Shown: in pieces, positions 1 to 9,780 of the stretch
Numbering within the stretch: position 1 is the first letter of the stretch
How the letters are laid out: the number at the start of each line of letters is the position of its first letter
Origin: Pseudomonadota bacterium
GTDB taxonomy: Bacteria > Bdellovibrionota_C > UBA2361 > OMII01
Direction of reading: 5' to 3'
Length of the DNA: 64,000 nucleotides
NCBI GenBank assembly: GCA_038134595.1
Contig: JAYPVM010000004.1
Span: 37,573-101,572 of the forward strand
Translations under genes and position numbers: made by a program
The notes under the pieces: model-generated
The model's database searches: none
Told to the model about the DNA's origin: nothing
Seen by the model: the letters and a program-made list of their open reading frames with translations, nothing else

Positions 1-1194
1 AATGTTGCGTGACGGTTCTTCATCGCAAGGGATAGGAGGGCAAGTTTTTGTTTGCAGTGCCAAAACAGTAAGGATCGCTTCAAGCGCTCCAGATGCGCCG
101 AGCGTATGGCCGAAAACAGCTTTAGAAGCTGTTAGGGGAGGGGTGTGTGGAAAGAGCTCCTCGATAAGAGCGGCTTCGATGCGATCTCCCTCTTGAGTAC
201 CGGTGCCGTGTGTATTGATGTGTCCGATGTCTTGCGCTGAAACATCTGCTCTTTGTAGTAAGTCAGTAATTATTCTGCGAGCCCCAGCCCCCTCGGGGTT
301 GCTTGCCATGATGTTGTATGCATCAAACGACTGAGCAGCGGCGAGAATTTGCGCGAGAATCCGTGCGCCGCGGTTTTGAGCATGTTGCCTGGACTCTAGA
401 ATAAGGATTCCGCTAGCCCCGTTAGAAAATAGAAATCCAGAACGATTGTTAGTAAACGGCTTGGCACACGGACGTGTCTCTGCAGTTGTTAGAACACGAG
501 CTATGTCGAACCCCCGAAACAGTGCACCTGTAGATTCGTCGAGAAATTCAGATCCACCAACGATGGCGCAATCTAATTCGCCCCGACTAATCGCATCGGT
601 TGCAAGGCACAGGGCTATTGTGGATGCTGAACAAGCTCCACTTACAGTATGGTTTGCACCCCGTGCACCGAACCTTATGCCTATCTGCCCCGAGAGCGCA
701 TTTGGCATAATCATTGGCACAACAAACGGATTAAATCGCTTGCTCGTGCTAAGGGCGCTGTTTGGTATGGCGGGAGATATGTGTGCCAGATGATTTTGTA
801 AGAGCGAAGAAATTCCCCCAACGCCTGTGCCAACAAAAACTCCTAGTCTTGTCGGGTCTATCGAAGGTATGGAGAAAATGCATTTTTTCTCATTAACACA
901 GGTAGTCTCCAGCCCTGCGTCGTTAAGCGCTTCGTGCGTGGCGCACAAAGCAAGGCTCTGTGAGATATCCAACTGGCGTTGCTCCACAGGGGTGAGCCCG
1001 TTTTCGAGTACTTGATATTGCTGAGGTTGCAACGGAGACCAAAAAAGCGAATTGGGAGCAAAGTAGTCCCGCCACTCTTGCGGAATTGGTTCCGCGCCAC
1101 ATGCTCCAACAAGAGCGGTTTCCCAAAGTTGTTGGGCATTGCATGCGCGAGGAGCTATTGCGCCTACTCCTGTTATAGCAATGGGTGTTTTCAT
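1..1194 (-). CDS. fabF: 3-oxoacyl-ACP synthase II (FabF/KAS family), 3' end runs off the window
   Basis: Not in the ORF track because it has no stop in the window. Manual translation from ATG 1194 gives MKTPIAITGVGAIAP...GVFVGTGVGG...MPNALSGQIGIRFGARG...GACSAS (catalytic Cys)...HGTGT...GHTLGASG (two His). The start overlaps the acpP stop (ATGA). Confidence 0.9.
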   Translation of the reverse strand, partial: MKTPIAITGVGAIAPRACNAQQLWETALVGACGAEPIPQEWRDYFAPNSLFWSPLQPQQYQVLENGLTPVEQRQLDISQSLALCATHEALNDAGLETTCVNEKKCIFSIPSIDPTRLGVFVGTGVGGISSLLQNHLAHISPAIPNSALSTSKRFNPFVVPMIMPNALSGQIGIRFGARGANHTVSGACSASTIALCLATDAISRGELDCAIVGGSEFLDESTGALFRGFDIARVLTTAETRPCAKPFTNNRSGFLFSNGASGILILESRQHAQNRGARILAQILAAAQSFDAYNIMASNPEGAGARRIITDLLQRADVSAQDIGHINTHGTGTQEGDRIEAALIEELFPHTPPLTASKAVFGHTLGASGALEAILTVLALQTKTCPPIPCDEEPSRNI

Positions 1195-1427
1195 GAATGT
1201 TTTTGAATGTAGTTGTATACATCACCTACTGTGACAAACGTTTCCGCAACTTCGTTAGGAATTGTCCTTTCAAAATTATCTTCTAGTGCCATCAGGAGAG
1301 AAACGATATCGATGGAGTCCGCCCCTAAGTCATCCTTAAAATGCGAAGATAGCTCGATTTGTTCGGGAGGGCACCGAAGCACCTCTACGACTACATTTTG
1401 GATCTGAAGAAATAGGTCTTTATCCAT
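1191..1427 (-). CDS. acpP: Acyl carrier protein
   Basis: 78 aa acidic protein with the DLGADSID phosphopantetheine motif; directly upstream of fabF. Confidence 0.93.
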   Translation of the reverse strand: MDKDLFLQIQNVVVEVLRCPPEQIELSSHFKDDLGADSIDIVSLLMALEDNFERTIPNEVAETFVTVGDVYNYIQKHS

Positions 1428-1593
1428 AAAAATTCTTGCGCCCCATACTAATGCTACAAAAGGATAGCTTGAGGCCCTAGCTTCTACAAGACAAATACCG
1501 ATCGAGTGTATTGGTAAGTAACTTCCATTTTTACACTACTTTAGTAGCTCTTCTTGCCGTACCATAGAGGCAAGCTATTATATTCGGTAGAAA

Positions 1594-3057
1594 ATGATTG
1601 AGGTATTCTTAGGTATAGATCAAGGTTCTAGCTCCACCAAGGGAGTACTCGTTACCAGTGGTGGTGATGTTTTGTATCACCATCGAGTATCGGCTCCACC
1701 GATCTCTGAGGTCGATAAGCATGTTGAGCAAGATGCTTCAACGATCCTTGAGTCAGTCACAGAGGTATTTGCAGCCTGTGTAAGCGAAGCAAAGAGACAG
1801 GATAAAACTATTGCGTCGTGGGGATTAGCAACGCAGCGCTCCGGAGTAGTTGCTTGGAACAAGCTTTCAGGTGACGTGATGTGCCCGATGATTACATGGG
1901 CGGATACAAGAACACAGCACATTATAGACGGCTTTGGTCGAGAGGCTGATAAGATAACCGAGCAAACAGGACTTCCCACGATAGCAAACTTCGCTGCACC
2001 AAAGATCCATCTACTGCAGCGAAATTTTCAGGATGCGACAACGCTTGTTGCAACCCTCGACACATTTCTCCTCCATCGCCTTACAAATGGGCTACGCTAT
2101 ACTACCGAAGACACCATGGCCGCCCGGACGATGCTCTATAATCTATACGATAAAACGTGGAGCGAAGATCTCTGTAGGCGCTTTAAGGTAGAGAAGCGAC
2201 GCCTGCCTGAGATTACACCATCTCTTTTCTCGCACGGTGTGTATCAAGGGATTCCGCTTACAGCGATGCTTGGAGACCAGCAAGCCGCCCTTTTTTCATT
2301 TGGTGGAACGAAAAACCAAGCTGTCTTAAATCTAGGCACGATAGGTTCTGCTGTAGTTATGACGGGAGACGACCTCGTGCTACAGCCTGGCTTAAAGACC
2401 ACACCGTGCTATTCCAGTGAAGGCCAAGCTAGCAAAGGCAAGGATGTTCAGTATGTAAGTGAGATAACGTATCCCTCACTTGGAAGTAGTATGAGAGGTA
2501 TTTTGCACAAAGGCTGGTGCAAATCCTCAGAGGAGATAGATGCGATGTGTGCCGCATCATTAGCCAAAACTTCAGACCCAAAGGTGTGTGCGTATTGGGC
2601 AAATGAAACCGAGGTTTCAGATGCATACCCCTTCGGCGCTCCTGATACGATGAAAGAGAAGCCAGATGCAGATGACAGCGATAGAGCTCGTGCCGTTACA
2701 GAGAACATCGGAAATCATATCGTCTTGATGCTCGAAGAGCTCCAAGCCAAGGGGCTTCTAGAAGAAGCCAAAAAAACCGCAATAGAGGTCTCTGGTGGTG
2801 TATCGGCGGGAGAATATCTTTTGCAATACATCGCCGACGTATCTGGATACACCCTTCGTTGTAGACAGGAGAATGAAGCGACTGCGATCGGTGCCGCTCT
2901 AGCATCGATGTTTTATACCCTCGATCTTACGTATGTACCGACTATTCATACGGAACAAGCACCGAGAATCTTTTCGCCGCAAGACTCCACGAGGCACAAG
3001 GGATTTCTTGTTTGGCAGAGGCTTCGGCGGGATGTGTTGGCGGGGCAAGTGCTCTAA
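1594..3057 (+). CDS. FGGY-family carbohydrate kinase (glycerol kinase-like, substrate uncertain)
   Basis: GIDQGSSSTK phosphate-1 motif, TQRS, WADTRT, GDQQAALF, VSGG. Confidence 0.8.
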   Translation: MIEVFLGIDQGSSSTKGVLVTSGGDVLYHHRVSAPPISEVDKHVEQDASTILESVTEVFAACVSEAKRQDKTIASWGLATQRSGVVAWNKLSGDVMCPMITWADTRTQHIIDGFGREADKITEQTGLPTIANFAAPKIHLLQRNFQDATTLVATLDTFLLHRLTNGLRYTTEDTMAARTMLYNLYDKTWSEDLCRRFKVEKRRLPEITPSLFSHGVYQGIPLTAMLGDQQAALFSFGGTKNQAVLNLGTIGSAVVMTGDDLVLQPGLKTTPCYSSEGQASKGKDVQYVSEITYPSLGSSMRGILHKGWCKSSEEIDAMCAASLAKTSDPKVCAYWANETEVSDAYPFGAPDTMKEKPDADDSDRARAVTENIGNHIVLMLEELQAKGLLEEAKKTAIEVSGGVSAGEYLLQYIADVSGYTLRCRQENEATAIGAALASMFYTLDLTYVPTIHTEQAPRIFSPQDSTRHKGFLVWQRLRRDVLAGQVL

Positions 3058-3133
3058 AGGTTATCAGGCTCCTTGCGAAGCACAGGGTCCGTAATCATCA
3101 TCTGTTTCGCCATTCACAAGAATAGATGACGTA

Positions 3134-3559
3134 CTATCCCGGACGCACCCCAAGCCAGATACCTCCAACGATGAGTACGGTCGCTGGGATATACCGCAGA
3201 TACAAAGGCTCTCCCAACATAAGAGAGGCGATGAGTGCGGTTATAACGATACCGGCGCCAGCCATGAGATCGTAGTGCGCCACGGGCAGGACTTGGAGTG
3301 CTTTAAGATACAACGCCCATCCCACGATATTGATGACAGCGCAGGCAACGATACCCACTAGCTGTGTGGTAGTCAGGGAGCTAAATGAGAAGCTTTCCTT
3401 GGTCCAGAATGCAAGCCCAAGCGCTACAGGAAACATCGTAGCAGAATAAATCGCTATGAAAGTATAGGGAGCGCTTAAAAGACCAAATTTCTTGGCAAGA
3501 GGACCGATAAACGAGTAGCAGGTGACCGCTAAGAGAGCAAAGAGATATGGCTTTATCAT
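3134..3559 (-). CDS. Small EamA/DMT-family membrane transporter
   Basis: About 140 aa with ~5 TM segments and an ALQVLPVA...LLGEP-type EamA signature; start could be 3559, 3580 or 3604. Confidence 0.65.
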   Translation of the reverse strand: MIKPYLFALLAVTCYSFIGPLAKKFGLLSAPYTFIAIYSATMFPVALGLAFWTKESFSFSSLTTTQLVGIVACAVINIVGWALYLKALQVLPVAHYDLMAGAGIVITALIASLMLGEPLYLRYIPATVLIVGGIWLGVRPG

Positions 3560-3779
3560 AGCGTGCTGAGAGTACAGCATGGCGCTGTCTTCTGCCAAGG
3601 TCATATTTGGAACATCGTTGCGTCAAATGCTTCTTCCAACGTATCGGATTTAGAGAGCGTAGAGCACGATTTTGTTTGACATTATAGTCTGTTAGTTCAA
3701 AGATCCTGAGCGTATTCTGATTGCCTCTCTCTTAGACGAGGGGACCAAAGCTAGTGCATACCAAAGGAGAACGTAAGTC

Positions 3780-5093
3780 ATGACGTGGATAAATCATAGC
3801 GAAAGAGATTACACAAAAGAAGAAGTATTGGGCTTTACTGAGCAGGCTGTTGACCACGCGCTTAAGAATATCCACCCATCTCCAAAGAGAGTTCTGCTCC
3901 TTCCCCCTGATATCACAAGGGCGCATAGCGGTGCTGGTTACATAACAGAGCGGCTGTATCAGGTGTTCACGAAGATGGGTGCAGAGGTACATGTCATTCC
4001 GACCCTTGGACAACACGTTCCCCACACCCCTGAACAAAACAAATGGATGTTTGGCAGTATTCCCGAGGAGCGAATTCACGCACACGATTATAAGAACGGA
4101 TGTACCGTGCTCGGTGAAGTGCCTGCCGAGTTTGTGAAGCGCGTTACCGACGGCATCGTCGACTGGGCTATGCCGGTAGTTGTAAACAAGATGGTGATGG
4201 AGGGTGATTGGGATATCATCATGAACGTGGGGCATGTGGTGCCGCATGAGGTGCTTGGGTTCGCTAATCACAACAAGAATTACATTATCGGTTTAGGTGG
4301 TAAGGAGACTCTGTGTGCATCGCATATGATGGCGGCGTGTTGTGGAATTGAGAATAATTTAGGCTCGCTTGTTACGCCCCTTCGAGCTTGTTTTAACTAC
4401 GCGGAGGAGCATTTCTTAAATAAGCTTCCTGATTGCTACCTGATGGTTGTTATGCGGTACAACGAGCAGGGAAGCTTAGCGCACAGTGGATTCTTCGTAG
4501 GCGATGATCTCGATACCTACCTTGATGCAGCACGGCTCTCTCGCTCTCAGAACGTGACGATAGTTGATGAGCCTATTAAAAAGATGGTGGCTGTGATGCA
4601 GGGCGATGAGTTCTACAGCACATGGGTCGCCAACAAAGCTGTCTACCGAACGCGGATGGCGATGGCTGATGGTGGAGAGTTATTGATCATCGCTCCGGGT
4701 CTAAAGCGATTCGGTGAACAGCCGGAGATTGAGGCTATTATAAGAAAGTACGGCTATGTAGGAACCGATAGGGTAATGCAACTCTGGAAGGAGAATGCTG
4801 ATTTGCAGGATTTTGCAAATGGCACGGCGCACCTTATCAATGGCTCATCTGAAGGTAGGTTTGACATTGCGTATGCACCGGGATCAGTAAGTAAAAGCGA
4901 TATTGAGCTTGTAAACTTTAAGTACGCAGATCTGCAGGAGACCCTTGCTCGGTATAATCCTGATAGCCTCACCACTGGATGGAATACGATGTCAGATGGA
5001 GAAGAGGTGTTCTTTATAAGCACTCCGTCAGCGGGGCTGTGGACGACAAAGGAAAAGCTTGAGAATAAGCGATTTCCTGATATCGTCACATAG
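3780..5093 (+). CDS. larA: LarA-family (DUF2088) nickel-pincer-dependent alpha-hydroxyacid racemase/epimerase
   Basis: PPDITR, LGQH, HAHD, VVPHEVLGFANHNK (His and NPN-binding Lys region), NKA and GGELLIIAPG motifs; followed by larB and larE. Confidence 0.85.
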   Translation: MTWINHSERDYTKEEVLGFTEQAVDHALKNIHPSPKRVLLLPPDITRAHSGAGYITERLYQVFTKMGAEVHVIPTLGQHVPHTPEQNKWMFGSIPEERIHAHDYKNGCTVLGEVPAEFVKRVTDGIVDWAMPVVVNKMVMEGDWDIIMNVGHVVPHEVLGFANHNKNYIIGLGGKETLCASHMMAACCGIENNLGSLVTPLRACFNYAEEHFLNKLPDCYLMVVMRYNEQGSLAHSGFFVGDDLDTYLDAARLSRSQNVTIVDEPIKKMVAVMQGDEFYSTWVANKAVYRTRMAMADGGELLIIAPGLKRFGEQPEIEAIIRKYGYVGTDRVMQLWKENADLQDFANGTAHLINGSSEGRFDIAYAPGSVSKSDIELVNFKYADLQETLARYNPDSLTTGWNTMSDGEEVFFISTPSAGLWTTKEKLENKRFPDIVT

Positions 5094-5128
5094 TGAGAAT
5101 GATCGGCTAAGAGTGTAGGGTTGTTGTT

Positions 5129-5860
5129 GTGCGCGAGGGGTCAAAAAATAGTAGCTGTGTGACAGTCGAGGGAGTAGGCGTTCTTGATACCGATAGAACT
5201 TCTAGGCGGGGAGTTCCTGAGGTCATTTACTGCCAACACAAGACTCCTGAAGAGGTGCAGGCGCTCTTTCTAGAGCTTAAAAAACACTCATCACTTGTAC
5301 TTGCTACCCGTGCATCGAAAGCACATTTTGAGCCTCTAAAGGATCTTGAAGGCGTTGAGTTTCATGAGAGAGCAGGGGTTATCAGACTCTTACAGCGCCC
5401 CCCAAAACGTGTTGGAAACATATTAGTAGCATCAGCCGGAACTAGTGATATCGGTGTGGCGATGGAAGCTGTGCTCACAGCTGAGTCGTTTGGCTCCAAG
5501 GTTCAGCGGCTCTTTGACGTGGGGGTGGCGGGGATTCAACGCATTCTTTCAAACCAAGATAAGATTCAAGCCGCACGAGCTATCGTGGTAGTTGCGGGGA
5601 TGGATGGTGCACTGCCTTCAGTTGTTGGAGGTCTTGCTCGGTGCCCTGTCATAGCTGTTCCTACGAGTGTTGGATACGGAGCTTGTTTCGGTGGTGTGAG
5701 CGCACTACTTGCGATGCTAAATAGCTGTTCGCCTGGAGTTTCGGTGGTCAATATCGACAACGGATTTGGAGCAGGCTATCAGGCGCATGTCATTAATCAG
5801 CAGAGCATCAGAGGAGCTTCTCTAGAGGATGGTGAGTGTGACATTAAGCAAGCTGTCTAA
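5129..5860 (+). CDS. larB: Nickel pincer cofactor biosynthesis carboxylase/hydrolase LarB
   Basis: RRGVPEVIYC, SAGTSD, DVGVAG, AGMDGALPSVVGGL, PTSVGYG, MLNSCSPG, VNIDNGFGA. Confidence 0.93.
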   Translation: MREGSKNSSCVTVEGVGVLDTDRTSRRGVPEVIYCQHKTPEEVQALFLELKKHSSLVLATRASKAHFEPLKDLEGVEFHERAGVIRLLQRPPKRVGNILVASAGTSDIGVAMEAVLTAESFGSKVQRLFDVGVAGIQRILSNQDKIQAARAIVVVAGMDGALPSVVGGLARCPVIAVPTSVGYGACFGGVSALLAMLNSCSPGVSVVNIDNGFGAGYQAHVINQQSIRGASLEDGECDIKQAV

Positions 5861-6725
5861 GCCGCAAGAGGAGTTCTCTGCTGAGTATGTGGAGCAAGCG
5901 AGGAATAATCTTATTGCATGGTTTAAGCCGTACAGTGAGATCTGTGTGCTGGTTTCAGGCGGGATAGATTCTAGTCTGATAGCGCACGTGGCTGCTACCT
6001 ATAAAGACTCAAAGAGAGTTATTGCGATTACGGCCGACTCTGCCTCGATAGCAAGAGAGGAGCTTTCACATGTCAGCACGTTTATTAGAGGCTTGCAGAT
6101 AGAGCATCGAATCGTTGCAACAGATGAATTGGCAGACCCTCAGTATCGAGCTAATTCGGGAGACAGGTGTTATTACTGTAAGAAAGCTCTGTATCGAGTA
6201 GTCGACGATGTAGTAGCAACATATACCAATGCTGTCGTAGTTGATGGCACTAATGCAGATGATATGAGTGATCATCGACCGAGTTTGCCTGCGTCAAAAG
6301 AGCACGGAGTGCTTCATCCATACGTTGAACTCGGGTTTGGAAAGTTATTGATTCGAGAGGTTGCTAAGTTCTGTGGTATTTCTTTTTGGGACAAGCCATC
6401 GATGGCGTGTTTGGCGTCTCGGATTCAGGATAGTATCGAAGTTTCGACTGAAAATTTGCAGATGGTAGAACAAGCTGAAAGCGTACTGCGAGATATTGGA
6501 TATCACGATTTCCGAGTGCGGTATCATGAAAGTGGACAAGCCAAGCGATTGCAGAAGATTGCTCGTATTGAGCTGTCGAAAGAGGAGTTCAATAGATTTA
6601 TGCAGCGCTCCGATGCAGCGTCCCTTGTGGAGAGTTTGTGCAAGTTGGGATTTCATCATGTGACGCTTGATTTAGGGGGATATAAGCGAGGCGGACGAGC
6701 TCTTCGAGTTGTCCCATCACAATAG
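5829..6725 (+). CDS. larE: ATP-dependent sulfur transferase LarE (CxxC-C type)
   Basis: PP-loop SGGIDS, RCYYCK, DGTNADD..DHRP, WDKPSMACLASR, VTLDLGGY. Confidence 0.92.
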   Translation: MVSVTLSKLSKPQEEFSAEYVEQARNNLIAWFKPYSEICVLVSGGIDSSLIAHVAATYKDSKRVIAITADSASIAREELSHVSTFIRGLQIEHRIVATDELADPQYRANSGDRCYYCKKALYRVVDDVVATYTNAVVVDGTNADDMSDHRPSLPASKEHGVLHPYVELGFGKLLIREVAKFCGISFWDKPSMACLASRIQDSIEVSTENLQMVEQAESVLRDIGYHDFRVRYHESGQAKRLQKIARIELSKEEFNRFMQRSDAASLVESLCKLGFHHVTLDLGGYKRGGRALRVVPSQ

Positions 6726-6814
6726 GATGTTTGAGGGGGGGTTGTGATCTTCTTACTCGTTCTATCGTATAATTGTGATCTGGCGACAAGTGTATTTGCA
6801 GTGGGTGATTTGAG

Positions 6815-7294
6815 ATGAAATATCAGGTTCGACAGCGTCTTGTTTCAGTTGGCGATGATTTTGATATTCGCGACGAACATGGCGATAAACTCTATTTTGT
6901 AGATGGCAAGGGCTTTACTTTTGGTAAGGATCTAGCCGTAAAAGACATGCGCAAAAATCGAGTCGCGCGGATACGACAGAAGCTATTTACTTTCGCACCG
7001 ACCTACACGATCTATATCCACGATACTCCAGTTGCCGTTATAAGTAAGAGACTATTCTCTTGGCGCACAAGATTCTTGATAGATGTAGATGGCACTAGTA
7101 ATTATGAAACAGTTGGTAACATGTTTCTCTATGACTATAAGATTTATCAAGATAAGCGTTGCGTTGCCCAGGTATCAAAGAAGTATTTCACATTTGCTGA
7201 TTCCTATGGCATCCACATAGAAGACGACGCTGACCAACTGCTCATGCTCACGATGGCGATCGTTATCGATATCGTCTTACACAAGGGTAAGTAA
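6815..7294 (+). CDS. LURP-one/Tubby_C2 (scramblase-like, YxjI-type) protein
   Basis: QRLVSVGDDFDIRDE, VDGK, IRQKLF, VSKKYFTFADSY pattern. Confidence 0.8.
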   Translation: MKYQVRQRLVSVGDDFDIRDEHGDKLYFVDGKGFTFGKDLAVKDMRKNRVARIRQKLFTFAPTYTIYIHDTPVAVISKRLFSWRTRFLIDVDGTSNYETVGNMFLYDYKIYQDKRCVAQVSKKYFTFADSYGIHIEDDADQLLMLTMAIVIDIVLHKGK

Positions 7295-7372
7295 TAAACT
7301 CCCGAGCTAGTTACGTGACTCGTGCGAGTATTCGACTTCTTTGAAAGAGCAGAGCTCTCAAAGAGTGGAGCG

Positions 7373-8200
7373 TTATGTCCGTGTAGAAAATACTTGATAT
7401 AAGGCGACACTAAGTGCGCACGACACATTGAGCGAAGACGCCCAGCCGTCCATGGGAATTGATAAGACCGTGTCGCACAGACTAAGTAGGTTGGTACTTA
7501 AACCGTACGTTTCGTTTCCTGCTAGTAGGATGACTGGTCGGTTGAGTGATTTAAAATTGACGAGGGTCTCTTTTGCTTTGGCGCTCGTCCCGACCACCAC
7601 TAGAGTCGGATGTGTTTGCCGTAGTTGAGTTATCCAATCGGCAAGTTCTTGGAACGCAGGTACCCGAATTACAGTCTGCGAAAATAAGGTACCAAGACTA
7701 CTACGAACAGTAACAGGGTCGTATATATCTGCCGAATGCCCTGTTACTATGATACCATCTGTTCCAAATGCGTCACACGAACGAATAGAAGAACCTAAGT
7801 TACCCGGGCTTGAAGGTCGATCGAATATAGTAATTAGAAATTTCTCAGGGGTGGCAATAGAACCGATGTGATCGGGGCGCATACGTGCAGTACATATAAT
7901 CTCGGAGGTGTCTTCTTTATCACTTAATTCTTCCATCAAATCAGGAGCAAGGACATAGTGACTACAGGTACACTGCTCGATGATATTTGTAGCCCACGAA
8001 GATTTTTTTTCTTGTGCAGGATCCGTATAGTAAACTCCGGTGATCTCCCATTTATGGGCCACAATGCTGTCAATGAGTTTCACGCCTTCGACCAAGAATT
8101 CTTGATACTTGAATCTCTTTTTTCGGTTATTCTTGAGAACCTCAGCATGCTGAAAGTGGTTATCCCGATTACTAACGAAGATTCTCTTGGACAAAGTCAT
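7373..8200 (-). CDS. SpoU/TrmH-family RNA 2'-O-methyltransferase, AviRb-like
   Basis: FLVEG, DRPSSPGNLGSSIRS, GNETYGL and IPMDGWASSLNV SPOUT motifs. Confidence 0.88.
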   Translation of the reverse strand: MTLSKRIFVSNRDNHFQHAEVLKNNRKKRFKYQEFLVEGVKLIDSIVAHKWEITGVYYTDPAQEKKSSWATNIIEQCTCSHYVLAPDLMEELSDKEDTSEIICTARMRPDHIGSIATPEKFLITIFDRPSSPGNLGSSIRSCDAFGTDGIIVTGHSADIYDPVTVRSSLGTLFSQTVIRVPAFQELADWITQLRQTHPTLVVVGTSAKAKETLVNFKSLNRPVILLAGNETYGLSTNLLSLCDTVLSIPMDGWASSLNVSCALSVALYQVFSTRT

Positions 8201-8292
8201 TACCTTTTATTCAGACATAGTTCGAGCGCCACTACTTGTTCAGACAGATGACAGTAGCTGGCGATATACGGGATTCTACTGCGCCCTACCGT

Positions 8293-9054
8293 TTAGGCAA
8301 GCCTACCGATATCGCGGATGTCTATCCGTGTAAGACTCACATTTCCGCTTTTCAGGATACCGATATCTGATTTTTCATTGCTGTCAAATGGAACCGCATG
8401 TATGCGATGGTTGTAATGACTGCCGTTTTTTTCGAAGAGAGAGCCATACATGGCGTGTCCAAGGGATGCATCGACAACTTTATGATCGTTATTGAGCTGA
8501 TATGGAATATTAGCACTCCATGTAACAGGAGCTGTTGTCCGATTTGGCACTACGTTCTCAAAGATCTGATGCAAGACAGCTCTATTCTGTTGTTCGATAT
8601 GCGAGATTACAGATTGTTCAAACTTTTTGTGTGAATCCCACTGCTCTCGCTTAATATTTCGCGGAAATTCTTGTGATAGCGCCAGTGCTGGAAGCCCGGC
8701 GATATTCGCCTCGAGACAGGCTCCTACCGTGCCCGATGAAAGCATGAATCCGAGTCCGGTGTTAAGCCCAATATTTATACCCGAAACGACAAGGTCTGGC
8801 TTTGAAGAGCTGGCGTGATATATTCCCCAATTTGTCGCATCAGCCGGAGTGCCATCAATGCAGAAAGCTTGATGTCCCTCAAAATCCATTTCCTCAATAA
8901 GGACTGGATCGTGAGCCGTAATGCTTTTTCCTCTCCAACTTTGTTCATATTTGGGCACAACAATTGATAAGGTTCCCAAGGGCTGGAGGAACTGCACGAG
9001 CATGGAGAAGAGAGGTGACGTGAAGCTATCATCATTGGTAACGAGAATCTTCAT
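8293..9054 (-). CDS. surE: 5'/3'-nucleotidase SurE
   Basis: ILVTNDD, EQS, GTPADA, PDLVVSGINIG.N, SGTVGA. Confidence 0.88.
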   Translation of the reverse strand: MKILVTNDDSFTSPLFSMLVQFLQPLGTLSIVVPKYEQSWRGKSITAHDPVLIEEMDFEGHQAFCIDGTPADATNWGIYHASSSKPDLVVSGINIGLNTGLGFMLSSGTVGACLEANIAGLPALALSQEFPRNIKREQWDSHKKFEQSVISHIEQQNRAVLHQIFENVVPNRTTAPVTWSANIPYQLNNDHKVVDASLGHAMYGSLFEKNGSHYNHRIHAVPFDSNEKSDIGILKSGNVSLTRIDIRDIGRLA

Positions 9055-9084
9055 AAATTACTATCACTCATACAAAAAATAGAC

Positions 9085-9564
9085 TTACTCACCTTCGGGT
9101 AAGAATCCTAGATCTTGGAGCAACGCAGTACGCTCTGGATCAGAGCTAGCATCATTATCATGCCAGAGAGGAAAGCCGGCCTCGTTGCGAGCAATGAGTG
9201 TAAGAATCTTTTCCTCAGAGCCTGGCGGATGCAAAGTCGGCATATGAGGCCCCTGCGCTGACGAATCGGTAGGATTAGTCAGCACGGAGTAAATATCATC
9301 TGGATTAAGAGAGCGTAGTAGAGAGTCGTGCTCACGCAGAAATGAATTGCATGAGGCCTTGATATGCGCGATTCTGGATCGAGGCATCACCTCAGCTAAT
9401 TCACGGCGCATTGTATCCTCAAATTGTCGACATAAAATATCCGAAATAGTAGATAGATAACAAGCAGTATGGATAGTCGTCAGGGAACGGGCAATTTCCG
9501 CTTCTACGGGACGGTGAAAGGACCTCTCTCTCTCCGTGGGGTCGGTAGTATTAGGTTGATTCAT
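9085..9564 (-). CDS. Hypothetical protein
   Basis: 159 aa ATG ORF with an AGAGG RBS filling the gap upstream of surE; no recognisable motif. Confidence 0.55.
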   Translation of the reverse strand: MNQPNTTDPTERERSFHRPVEAEIARSLTTIHTACYLSTISDILCRQFEDTMRRELAEVMPRSRIAHIKASCNSFLREHDSLLRSLNPDDIYSVLTNPTDSSAQGPHMPTLHPPGSEEKILTLIARNEAGFPLWHDNDASSDPERTALLQDLGFLPEGE

Positions 9565-9780
9565 AATTTGGGAACCTCTTTAGTAATGTGCTTTATCATG
9601 GTCTCATGCGCATGTGTGCAGTGCATCGTTCTGTTTTGCTAGTATATGATAGCCGCTTGTGGGTAGCTAGTCTTTTGCCCATCGGTCTAAATCAAATTCC
9701 CATAAAAACGGACACGTTTTAGTTGTTCTTTGCCGGAAAAGACCTTTACCGCCAATACATATCTCAATATCCTCTCAAGT

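Noticed and set aside
1..1427. Type II PKS cluster
   Set aside because: The ACP and KAS look like ordinary FAS II components; no chain-length factor or tailoring genes are visible, although downstream genes are outside the window
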